In this document: positions 36,143 through 44,044 of the stretch, piece after piece | How the letters are laid out: each line of letters starts with the position of its first letter | Numbering within the stretch: position 1 is the stretch's first letter | Assembly (NCBI GenBank): GCA_025449535.1 | Contig: JANWJF010000001.1 | Coordinates: 303,344 to 367,343 of the forward strand | Reading direction: 5' to 3' | Length of the DNA: 64,000 nt | From: Candidatus Saccharimonadia bacterium | GTDB taxonomy: Bacteria; Patescibacteriota; SICC01 | The notes under the pieces: generated by a model | Database searches by the model: none | Seen by the model: the letters and a program-made list of their open reading frames with translations, nothing else | Told to the model about the DNA's origin: nothing | Made by a program: the position numbers and the translations under genes

Positions 36143-36685
36143 GTGACTGATAAACCGACCATCCTCTACGGCCTGGGCGTAATCGTCTTAGACGATCTCT
36201 CGCTCAGCGTCGACGACATCGCCGAGGGACTCGAGCGCTCTCCCGATGACGTCGCCGCGGCGATCGCGGATTCCAAGCCCGCTTACGACCGCGGGGAGAT
36301 CACGCAGGTCGAGCACTGGGGTCGCGCGGCGCTGAAGCTCGCCCTGGAGGACGTGGACGTCCTGCAGGCGTTCGCGATCAACGCCGCGACCGTGGACCAA
36401 CAGGTGCTCGGGAAGATCCGGGTCCAGTCGGCGAGCCATGTGCTCGGGCTGGTCTCCGACGCCACGCCGGACTTCGTCGGGCAGTTCCGGAAGCGCTATC
36501 AGCTGGACGAGCTGCTGCACGTCCATGTGATCGGTTCCGAACTGGACGAGGAGCGCGACTACGCGGGTTTACTCCGGCTCTCGGCCGAGCGGCTACAGGC
36601 GACACCGGGCGACATCACGTTCGTCGATCGGAAGCCCGCGCACGTCGAAGCTGCCCGGACGCTCGGGTTCCGGGTTCCGGGCTAG
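36143..36685 (+). CDS. HAD-superfamily hydrolase-like protein (short).
   Basis: Motif I-like ILYGLGVIVLDD and C-terminal ITFVDRKPAHVEAARTLGF. The GTG start at 36143 is inferred. The ORF-track start overlaps the convergent giant gene. Confidence 0.5.
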   Translation: MTDKPTILYGLGVIVLDDLSLSVDDIAEGLERSPDDVAAAIADSKPAYDRGEITQVEHWGRAALKLALEDVDVLQAFAINAATVDQQVLGKIRVQSASHVLGLVSDATPDFVGQFRKRYQLDELLHVHVIGSELDEERDYAGLLRLSAERLQATPGDITFVDRKPAHVEAARTLGFRVPG

Positions 36686-36691
36686 GAGTTC

Positions 36692-37402
36692 CTACCGCAA
36701 CCGTCGGCCGACTCGCCTGATGCGTTCAAGCTCGGCGGCTTCCTTGTCCTCCTCGTAGACAGGCTCGCCATCGGGGTCGGGCGCTTCGCTGCAATTCGGG
36801 CAGTACGGTTTTTGTTCCGTGACCACGCGACCCGGTCCGGCCAGGGGCATCGCCTTCAGGCGGACGGGGTGGCGTACTTCCGCGGCGGCGACCATGGTGC
36901 CGCAGTGATGCATCCAACGGGAGGTCTCCGGATCGAACACCGACTCCGCCAGCACCGGATCCTCGGTATCGACGTCATCCGGGGTGCCCTCGAACTCCTT
37001 GTGGACGCTCTGCGCGTCGATCTCCTGGATGCCCAGGATCTCCGAGGCACGGACGCCGACCCTGCGCGTCACTTCGTCACGGTCGGTGGTGGCATCCGCC
37101 GGCTGCTCGACGGTCGGGTCGAAATACCCGTTCGGAGGCATCGGAGCCTGCTCGGCAAAGTCCTCCAGCTCCTCCTCGACGGACGTACCGAGCCGCGAGG
37201 AGAACCGGGCGACCTCTTGTCCGGTCTTCATGACGCAGAACGGGCCGACGTCGCCCGGATTCAGCACGGGACAATCATGCGGGAAGAACCGGCATGGCTC
37301 CCGTTCGTCCATGCGCTCCCGATGCTGGGCCACGGTGTCGACGCCGTCCATGAAGTCCCCTTCACAGACGCTGCCATCCTCGATGAGTTTCTTGTCGCGC
37401 AT
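36692..37402 (-). CDS. Cysteine-rich hypothetical protein (236 aa) with N-terminal C-x21-C-x6-C-x10-C and C-terminal HHCG...CPNC clusters. Probably metal-binding.
   Basis: Cys spacing, acidic central region. Start trimmed to the ATG at 37402. Confidence 0.5.
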   Translation of the reverse strand: MRDKKLIEDGSVCEGDFMDGVDTVAQHRERMDEREPCRFFPHDCPVLNPGDVGPFCVMKTGQEVARFSSRLGTSVEEELEDFAEQAPMPPNGYFDPTVEQPADATTDRDEVTRRVGVRASEILGIQEIDAQSVHKEFEGTPDDVDTEDPVLAESVFDPETSRWMHHCGTMVAAAEVRHPVRLKAMPLAGPGRVVTEQKPYCPNCSEAPDPDGEPVYEEDKEAAELERIRRVGRRLR

Positions 37403-37412
37403 GGCGAACGAG

Positions 37413-37892
37413 TTACGACTCGTACCAGAACGCGTCGGTCCGGCGGATGGTGAACGCGTAGGCGCCGGCCAGCCCGGATACCACGAGCAGCATCCAAAGC
37501 GGCCAGAGCGGCTGCGGCTCCCTTGTCGCACCGGCTACTTCCACCTTGGTCGTAGCGGGATTGACCGTGGCTGGCTTCTTTTCCTTGACTGCCGACTTCT
37601 TCTTTTCAGGCTCGCTCACGGCCTGCTGGTCAGTCTGGGATGCGGATTGTACTTGGCTTGAATTGAAATTCGTTTGGGGCGGTGCTGCTTGAGCATTCTT
37701 TTGTACAGCATGGCTGGTACTACCAGTACTTGGAGGTCGGCCACTGCAGTCAGGAGGACCGTAATACACTGGGTCACCCCCACAGTTCGTCACGAATTGA
37801 ACCGGCTCCTCGGCTTGCGCCGTACCCACGCCGACTACCCCCGCGAGCAGGAACGCGAAAAGGACGGCAGATATGTTTCGGGCTTTCTTCAT
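37413..37892 (-). CDS. Secreted protein (159 aa) with a signal peptide, a Cys-containing N-terminal module and a C-terminal TM anchor.
   Basis: Signal peptide MKKARNISAVLFAFLLAGVVGVGTAQA. C-terminal hydrophobic segment plus RRTD. Immediately upstream of the Cys-rich gene. Confidence 0.55.
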   Translation of the reverse strand: MKKARNISAVLFAFLLAGVVGVGTAQAEEPVQFVTNCGGDPVYYGPPDCSGRPPSTGSTSHAVQKNAQAAPPQTNFNSSQVQSASQTDQQAVSEPEKKKSAVKEKKPATVNPATTKVEVAGATREPQPLWPLWMLLVVSGLAGAYAFTIRRTDAFWYES

Positions 37893-37965
37893 CTGTCGGT
37901 CGTCATCAGGCCATTTATGCCTGAGCAATGGGACTATACGCTCGTGTTCACGCGATTGCAAGGGA

Positions 37966-38553
37966 CTATTCGACGGGTACCGCGCGCACTACGAACCGCT
38001 TAGAGTCCAACCAGCCCGAGCAGGTGTAGACCGTCAGGACTTCCTTCTTGGTCGGCGCCAGGACGCCCACCTGGTCGGTCGTCACTTCCTTCAGGCTCGT
38101 AATCCGGTACTCGTGCTTCCGACCGCCCTTGGTCGTGAGTACGACACGCTCGTTCCCCTCCAGGCCGAGGAGCGGCCCGAAGACGTCCTTCGTGTTGTGT
38201 CCGTAGACGATGATGTTGCCCTTCTCGTCCGGTTTGGCGGAACCGTTCATGTAAGAGCCGGCGTGCTTGGCGACGGTCCACTCCCCGTTCTCGTACTTCT
38301 GCGGTTCGAGCTTCTCGTCCACCACGCCAGAAATCCGCAGTCGGACCGGTCGGGTCGAATCAGTCGATTCCGCGGCTACCGGCGCTGCCACTCTAGGCTG
38401 GAGCGCTCGGTCATAATAATAGTTGTTAGCGCCGCTATAGAGCAGTAGCGCCAAACCGACGACGATCAGCACTATCGGCCAGTGCCGCAGGAAGAACTTC
38501 GGAGCTGAATCCAAAGAGCGTCCTTTGCGTCGCGAGCGGGAACGCTTCGCCAT
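37966..38553 (-). CDS. Sortase (transpeptidase), class E-like.
   Basis: N-terminal TM anchor, catalytic His (IIVYGHN), TLxTC-type active-site Cys (LTVYTCSG) and a conserved Arg. Start trimmed to the ATG at 38553. Confidence 0.8.
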   Translation of the reverse strand: MAKRSRSRRKGRSLDSAPKFFLRHWPIVLIVVGLALLLYSGANNYYYDRALQPRVAAPVAAESTDSTRPVRLRISGVVDEKLEPQKYENGEWTVAKHAGSYMNGSAKPDEKGNIIVYGHNTKDVFGPLLGLEGNERVVLTTKGGRKHEYRITSLKEVTTDQVGVLAPTKKEVLTVYTCSGWLDSKRFVVRAVPVE

Positions 38554-38557
38554 GGAC

Positions 38558-39397
38558 TCAGTTCCGGAGTCGCCGTCGCGTGGCTGCGTACGCGCCGATG
38601 GAAACCAGCGTGGTGCCCAGACCGGCCAGCGAACCAAGTCCCGTGTCCGCAAAGCTGAGCGGGACAATGCTGCCGCCCGTGGCCGGGTCTGACGGATCAC
38701 TCACGCTTCCTTGGGAGTTCACGCCCGGATCATCGGTCGGATCGGGACTCCCTTGGGGATCCACGGTCGGGTCGGGATCAGGACTTCCCTGCGGGTCTGC
38801 GGTGGGATCCGGAGTCGGGGTGGGATCAGGACTTCCCTGCGGGTCTGCGGTCGGGTCAGGGGTAGGAGTGTCCGAGGGGGTTTCGGTGGGGGTCGGGGTC
38901 GGTTCCGGAGTCGGGGTACTTTCCACCTCTACCGTAGGAGTCGGGGTGGGGGTTTCGGTTGGAGTAGGAGTGTCGCTCGGTGTAGGCGTGGCAGAGGGAG
39001 TCGGGGTCGCAGAGGGACTCGGCGTGGTATAGATCAGGCAGTAGTGGATGTGGCTCAGCGCAGGAACCTGATTGCCACCATTCAGGGGAGTCACGCCAAT
39101 ACCAACCAAATAGTCGTACGTAGCTCCATTACCCCCTCCGTACAACTCGACCGTGCCGCTGATTCCGTCCTCCACGTTCCAAACCACTGTACCGGAGCCG
39201 GCCGGGGTCTCAGTGAACGTTATCGTAACCCCGTTGATTACTATCGAACCGTCGCCGCTCTCGGCCACCTTCGCGCAGCCGGGCCGGGTCTCGTTGTGGG
39301 CAAACGCGATCGTTCCAAACATTGTCGCCCCTACAAACACGGCGGCTGCCAGCAAGGCAGGCACCAACCGCTTTCGATATATCGCTCGTTCGCTCAT
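38558..39397 (-). CDS. Sortase substrate: secreted protein with a Thr/Pro-rich stalk and a C-terminal sorting signal (LSFADTG, then a hydrophobic helix, then RRRLRN).
   Basis: Signal peptide. About 90 aa of (TP)n repeats. The LAxTG-like FADTG motif precedes a TM segment and a cationic tail. Confidence 0.75.
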   Translation of the reverse strand: MSERAIYRKRLVPALLAAAVFVGATMFGTIAFAHNETRPGCAKVAESGDGSIVINGVTITFTETPAGSGTVVWNVEDGISGTVELYGGGNGATYDYLVGIGVTPLNGGNQVPALSHIHYCLIYTTPSPSATPTPSATPTPSDTPTPTETPTPTPTVEVESTPTPEPTPTPTETPSDTPTPDPTADPQGSPDPTPTPDPTADPQGSPDPDPTVDPQGSPDPTDDPGVNSQGSVSDPSDPATGGSIVPLSFADTGLGSLAGLGTTLVSIGAYAATRRRLRN

Positions 39398-39435
39398 AAA
39401 AATAAAAAACCGCCCAACGACATTCTTTTGGGCGA
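39398..39435 (-). terminator. Intrinsic terminator (CGCCCAA...TTGGGCG stem followed by a U-tract) downstream of the 39521..39868 gene.
   Basis: 7-bp GC-rich stem with a T-run on the minus strand (complement of AAAATAAAAAA). Confidence 0.5.
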
Positions 39436-39520
39436 CTTCCTTATTGCTCAGGTATTCTGTCCCCGATACGGCTGATTGTCAACAGATACCGTCACAAAGG
39501 GATTTTGAATCATTGGCCGC

Positions 39521-39868
39521 TTACCGCGCTTCCCCGACGGCCCGACGCTCGATCATGGACAGTACCTCTTCCTTGCTGGCGTATGCCCGATGCTTCAGCA
39601 GCTCGCGCACCTGCTCCTCGACGAACGGATAGCAGACGGCCGGCACCACGACCGCCCACTCCCGGCGCCCCGGGTCGCCTGGCGGCATGGAGATGACGCG
39701 CAGGGCCTCGTCGGGCCTGCACTGCGCATGGCCCATCAGCTCCAAGGCCCGGTCCGGCGAAGCGACGAGTGCGAATACGCATACTTCGGCCGCATCCGCG
39801 GTCTCGACGCCGTTCTCGGCGACTCGTTCGATCAAGGATTGGTGGGGTTCTCGTTCCATGAAAATCAA
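39521..39868 (-). CDS. Hypothetical protein (115 aa).
   Basis: ORF with high GC3. No domain recognised. Confidence 0.4.
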   Translation of the reverse strand: MIFMEREPHQSLIERVAENGVETADAAEVCVFALVASPDRALELMGHAQCRPDEALRVISMPPGDPGRREWAVVVPAVCYPFVEEQVRELLKHRAYASKEEVLSMIERRAVGEAR

Positions 39869-39871
39869 AAA

Positions 39872-39895
39872 ACCGCCTGGTGGCGGTCGATGAGC
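39872..39895 (-). terminator. Intrinsic terminator (CGACCGCC-ACCA-GGCGGTTTTTTGATTTT) downstream of the PurH-like gene.
   Basis: GC stem CCGCC/GGCGG with a U-tract on the minus strand. Confidence 0.55.
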
Positions 39896-40012
39896 GGCTA
39901 CTGGTCAGTACGCGCGTCTCACCGCCGCCGGAGGCGGGTGGCGAGCAGCCCGAGCTGGCGCGTGCGTGTCATACGCACACGATACGGGGTAGCACGCGGG
40001 AAGTAAAACGAC

Positions 40013-40747
40013 TCAGGATTCCTGCAGGGCGGTATCCGGGCCCTCGGCTTCGTCCCCAGGCTCCAGCCACTTCGCGATCTGATCGTCATGCCTGGCGGTG
40101 CATTTGAACGCGTCCACCGCCAAGCGGCGGCTGATGCTGGGATGGACCCCGCCGGTCCGCTCCAGCGCGGCGATGACTCGGTGATAATCGAGCAGACTGG
40201 AGACCGGAACCACGCATTCGTGGTTCTTGCCGGCCGCCCGCAGCATCGCGGACCCGCCGATATCGATCTTCGCGGTCGGGTCACCGTCTTCTTGGTACTG
40301 GACGTGCTGCTCGAACGGGTACAGGTGGACGCAGACCAAGTCGATCGGCTCGATGCCCGCCTCCGCCAGTTCCCGCATATGGCCGGGGTCGTCGCGGTCC
40401 GCGAGGATGCCGATGTGGATGCTCGGATGCAGCGTCTTTACCCGGCCGTCGAGGGTCTCCGTGAACCCGATGACCTCCTCCAGGGACTTCACGGGGATTC
40501 CCGCCGCCTGCAAGTCCCGACAGGTGCCCCGCGTGGCAATTAACTCAGCGCCGTGGCGGACCAGATCACGGGCGAACTGCAGGAACGCCTCGTCCCGCTC
40601 GGAGACGCTGAGCAAAGCACGCTGGACCGGCAACTCAGAGCCATCCTTTTCGGGAATCTCCGGCTGCTCCTCGGTCGGCACCTCCGGCTCTTCCACACCG
40701 GGCCGATCGACGACGGGAACTGGCTGTCTGGATCCGTTCATGACCAA
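40013..40747 (-). CDS. PurH-like protein containing only the N-terminal MGS-like IMP cyclohydrolase domain, with an acidic Pro/Glu-rich N-terminal extension. No AICAR transformylase domain.
   Basis: RALLSVSERDEAFLQFARDLVRHGAELIATRGTCRDLQAAGIPV...TLDGRVKTLHPSIHIGILADRD matches the PurH N-domain. The ORF ends after the linker, at about half the length of bifunctional PurH. Confidence 0.65.
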   Translation of the reverse strand: MVMNGSRQPVPVVDRPGVEEPEVPTEEQPEIPEKDGSELPVQRALLSVSERDEAFLQFARDLVRHGAELIATRGTCRDLQAAGIPVKSLEEVIGFTETLDGRVKTLHPSIHIGILADRDDPGHMRELAEAGIEPIDLVCVHLYPFEQHVQYQEDGDPTAKIDIGGSAMLRAAGKNHECVVPVSSLLDYHRVIAALERTGGVHPSISRRLAVDAFKCTARHDDQIAKWLEPGDEAEGPDTALQES

Positions 40748-40783
40748 TCATGCTACCACCGCCGCACGCATGGCAGGCAACCG

Positions 40784-41290
40784 CTACGCGGACTCGGCCG
40801 GCGTTTCACGCGCATAATCATCCGCCAGACGAACGATGTCGTCCTCATCCGATGGATGCTCCGGATCGGTGTGCGTCCAGATCTCGGCCACGATACCCCA
40901 ACTATCCAAGCCGATCAGACGGTGCCGCTCGCCCTGGACGATCTCGACTTCCTCACCTTCCTGCAGGACCCGCGGTTCGACTTCATCGTCCGTTTCCGAG
41001 ACCGCTACGCCGACCGGCCCGCGCAGGACATGCCAATGCTCGCTCCGCCGGTGATGGAACTGCCAGGACAACCGTTCGCCGGGACCGACGATCAGCAGCT
41101 TGGGGCTTCGTTTGAGGTCATCGCCAGGCAGCTCGAGCTTCGGAAAGAACGCCGTGGCAAATTCCCTGACCTCCGATTCACCAAACACCAGGAACCCGCC
41201 CCAGGGACGTTCCAGGTCTCGGTCCACGACCTTCACGCCGGCATCAGCGGCGATCTTTTCGGCTTCGGAAAGCGTTTTCTGTTCAACCAT
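40784..41290 (-). CDS. Cupin-domain protein related to the mannose-6-phosphate isomerase C-terminal domain (ManC-like).
   Basis: RPWGGFLVF...KLLIVGPGERLSWQFHHRRSEHWHVLRGP is the type II PMI cupin signature. Confidence 0.65.
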   Translation of the reverse strand: MVEQKTLSEAEKIAADAGVKVVDRDLERPWGGFLVFGESEVREFATAFFPKLELPGDDLKRSPKLLIVGPGERLSWQFHHRRSEHWHVLRGPVGVAVSETDDEVEPRVLQEGEEVEIVQGERHRLIGLDSWGIVAEIWTHTDPEHPSDEDDIVRLADDYARETPAESA

Positions 41291-41358
41291 GGCTACCCGG
41301 CCATTCTACACGCATCGCGGAGACGGTTCCGGACCCGAAGCGGGTATACTGGACCGTT

Positions 41359-42279
41359 ATGAATCCTGGCGATAAAACAACCGAACTCGACGAACGCCGG
41401 TTCGCGGCGGCGCTGGAAGGCGACGCACCGACGCGGGCCGACGCGGCGGCCGCGCTCGTCGAACAGGGGGATTACGAGCGTGCCGAGCAGCTTTTGGCAC
41501 CGTTGTTCGACGATTGGGCCGAGGAGTCGGACCGCTGCGAGCACATGCTGAACCTGATGCTGCTCGACGAATCTTACTTTCCGCCGGAGGTCGAGCGGGA
41601 TGAGGACGATTGCCTGGTCTTCGTGACGAAAGGCCGGATCAGCGCGCTGATGGCCGAATGCGTCACGCAGACCCGGTCATACGGCTCCGACGACTTCCAG
41701 GTACGGGAGACCTGCCGCTACCTCTGGTACCGGGCCGCCGAGCACTACAGCGGCGCCATGGGGTACGAGTTCGACGACGGGAACTTCGAGTTCCACCCTT
41801 TGCAGCACGAGGCGGCGCTGGGAGCGGTCCGGGCCGCGCACGCGCGGTTGGGTTCGTTCGTGGAACATCCCGACGATGACTCTGCGTGGGACCGCATCGG
41901 CTTGAACCAGATCGGCCGCCTGATCGGCAACCCGCCGCCTGAGATCGTCAAGCTCGAACAGGAAGGGAATTATCCGCTGACCCGCGCCTGGGTAGCGTAC
42001 ATCGTCGAATCCCGCGACTTCGGCGTCGCCCGACGTGCTGACGGGGCTATCTCGGCAAAAGAGCTACGATTCGACCAACTGGAGGGGGCTGCCTGGATGC
42101 TGGACGGTGCACTGAGCCGGACAGGTTACGAAGTCGCCGAGTCGCTCAGGCAACCGGTCTGCGAACGATTAGGCGAGATCATCGCCGAACTGGAGGCATC
42201 GGATCGGTACGGCGGTATCGAGCCGTACCGGCGCGACATGATTGAAAAGGCCAAACGGGAGATAGCCAAGTTGCTATAG
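41359..42279 (+). CDS. Hypothetical acidic protein (306 aa).
   Basis: ORF with high GC3. No domain recognised. Confidence 0.45.
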   Translation: MNPGDKTTELDERRFAAALEGDAPTRADAAAALVEQGDYERAEQLLAPLFDDWAEESDRCEHMLNLMLLDESYFPPEVERDEDDCLVFVTKGRISALMAECVTQTRSYGSDDFQVRETCRYLWYRAAEHYSGAMGYEFDDGNFEFHPLQHEAALGAVRAAHARLGSFVEHPDDDSAWDRIGLNQIGRLIGNPPPEIVKLEQEGNYPLTRAWVAYIVESRDFGVARRADGAISAKELRFDQLEGAAWMLDGALSRTGYEVAESLRQPVCERLGEIIAELEASDRYGGIEPYRRDMIEKAKREIAKLL

Positions 42280-42293
42280 GTACGGTTTGGGTG

Positions 42294-42366
42294 TGCCCCG
42301 GGAGGGTCTCGAACCCCCGACACATGGGTTAAAAGCCCACTGCTCTGCCAACTGAGCTACCGGGGC
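42294..42366 (-). tRNA. tRNA-Lys (anticodon UUU). CCA not encoded.
   Basis: Folded by hand from the reverse complement. Acceptor GCCCCGG/CCGGGGC, D-arm GCTC-AGTTGGCA-GAGC, anticodon stem GTGGG/CCCAT with loop CTTTTAA, T-arm GGGGG-TTCGAGA-CCCTC, discriminator A. Confidence 0.85.
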
Positions 42367-42496
42367 AGCCGTTTCATCTTACCTCAAGCGCCGGCTACCT
42401 CGTGTCAGGAAACGCTTAGTATCCAGAAATAAGGAATTCCCTCGGTCAAAAAAACGCCGAGAAGGCGTTTCCAGCACGACGGTAGCTGGCGCGACC

Positions 42497-43024
42497 TTAC
42501 TCTTCTTCGGGATCGTTCACGAACATCATCACGACGATCGGCAGCACCGCCCATATGAAGAGCGCCGTGTTCGTGGCGAAGAGGTTGCTCGTGAACGGCA
42601 GCAGTCCGGCCTGTCGCGCCTCAGGCACGAACGACAGCACTATCGCCACCAGCAGACCGGCGTGCAGGATCGAGAACGCGATGATCTGCCAGGCCTTGCC
42701 TTGGACTTCCTGGGCCGCGAAGGCCTTGCGGAGCGCCGAGTTGGACAGGAAGAAGAAGATCAGGAGCATCGTGGCGATGAACGCCGTGATCTGGACGATG
42801 AAGAACGGGCTGGAGCCGACCGTCACCGATTGGGAGCCTTGCAGGAACGGCGCCGTCTCGACCAGCGCCAGCGCCATGTAGGTGCTGATCAGCAGTACCA
42901 TGATCCGCGACCGCCCCAGCGTGAAGCCGTAGACGAACGTCGCGACGATGAAGAACAAAAAGATGAACAAATCCCAGCTGGGGCTGTTTACATCAAGTCC
43001 GGTCAAGAATTGTACGGGTATCAT
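42497..43024 (-). CDS. Polytopic membrane protein (175 aa).
   Basis: Five to six hydrophobic helices, high GC3. Confidence 0.55.
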   Translation of the reverse strand: MIPVQFLTGLDVNSPSWDLFIFLFFIVATFVYGFTLGRSRIMVLLISTYMALALVETAPFLQGSQSVTVGSSPFFIVQITAFIATMLLIFFFLSNSALRKAFAAQEVQGKAWQIIAFSILHAGLLVAIVLSFVPEARQAGLLPFTSNLFATNTALFIWAVLPIVVMMFVNDPEEE

Positions 43025-43107
43025 GTTTCTTTTTGCCCCTGGGCGGTTTTCCCAAAGTTAGTCTCATACTATACGCCTGAGGCGCCAAAGCACAACAACC
43101 GAACAAG

Positions 43108-43194
43108 AGAACAAAATCAAGAAGCGTCCAAGAGCCGCGGGAGCGATGATGGACGCTTCGGGGTGGCTTCCCCGGCCGGATTGCCGGGGAAGCC
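43108..43194 (-). terminator. Tandem hairpins followed by a U-tract downstream of the 43204..43836 gene: a perfect 11-bp stem GGCTTCCCCGG/CCGGGGAAGCC, then GAAGCGTCC...GGACGCTTC, then TTGATTTTGTT.
   Basis: Seen directly on the minus strand immediately after the stop at 43204. Confidence 0.55.
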
Positions 43195-43203
43195 GAAAGG
43201 CCG

Positions 43204-43836
43204 CTATTGGTGCTTGATGGCAAGATAGTCGATGTCCGGTTTCACCATGTCGGCACTACCAACATGCAGGCTTGAACCTTTCATGATGGGTATGGCGCGA
43301 GATCCCCCTTTGGATCCCGGCAACGTCCCTACCGTTCCCAACACACCGACGGGCTTTCTGTCGAACATCCAGGGATGTTCGATGTAGCAAAAGATCAGCT
43401 CCTCGAGCACTGCCGGACGCAATTTATGACGTACCGTTTCTTCTCGCAGTTGCTTTGACTCGATCGAACCTGATCGAACTGTTACCAGCCTGGCCCTGTG
43501 CCACCCAGGACTCACAACGAAGGGCGCTGCGTCTGGCCAGTCGTGCTTTCGGAACTCGTCCGTTAGCTCGATTCCAGGCGTTCGAAGCAATCGTGCCAGT
43601 TCGTCATGAGGGGGTCCCTCTACCGGGAACGCGAACGGGTCGTCGGCGGTCGCTAGTACCAACAGGTCCGCGATTTTCTCAGCAAGACCCTCCTCGCTGC
43701 GCAATCGCAGAAAGTGCTCCCCCGTGCCGCCGAGGTCGCTGACCGCATGAGCAATTCTTCTCGCAACTTCGTAGTCTGCACCGAAGCCGAGTTCCTTCAG
43801 GATAGATATTCCTGTGTCAGGCATTTCTTTCTCCAC
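43204..43836 (-). CDS. Hypothetical protein (210 aa) with atypical composition and codons (AGA, ATA, about 54% GC).
   Basis: Intact ORF with its own terminator and an upstream repeat array. No domain recognised. Confidence 0.45.
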   Translation of the reverse strand: MEKEMPDTGISILKELGFGADYEVARRIAHAVSDLGGTGEHFLRLRSEEGLAEKIADLLVLATADDPFAFPVEGPPHDELARLLRTPGIELTDEFRKHDWPDAAPFVVSPGWHRARLVTVRSGSIESKQLREETVRHKLRPAVLEELIFCYIEHPWMFDRKPVGVLGTVGTLPGSKGGSRAIPIMKGSSLHVGSADMVKPDIDYLAIKHQ

Positions 43837-43844
43837 TCTCAGGC

Positions 43845-43935
43845 GTACTGCGTGCCCTACACGAGGGTTACAGCGTACCTGTTCCGATACTTTCGCTGCG
43901 TACTCCGTGACTACAGGAGCGTACAGCCTATTGTT
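43845..43935. repeat. Four tandem iteron-like direct repeats of about 22-26 bp sharing a GCGTAC-N9-10-TAC core, immediately upstream of the 43204..43836 gene.
   Basis: GCGTACtgcgtgcccTAC, GCGTACctgttccgaTAC, GCGTACtccgtgacTAC, GCGTACagccTAT. Spacing of about two helical turns. Confidence 0.5.
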
Positions 43936-44044
43936 GCCTTGGCGGTTGCCGCAGCGGTCGACGAACGAGACTCGCGCGCCCGCCGCTACGGCTTCGCGAT
44001 GTTAACGAGCCGATAAAAATACCACCACTTGGCTTTTTTATCAA

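Noticed and set aside
43981-44044. AT-rich inverted repeat GATAAAAA...TTTTTATC downstream of dnaJ as its terminator.
   Set aside because: The 8-bp stem is all A/T with a 15-nt loop, too weak to call an intrinsic terminator. It may still contribute; not annotated.
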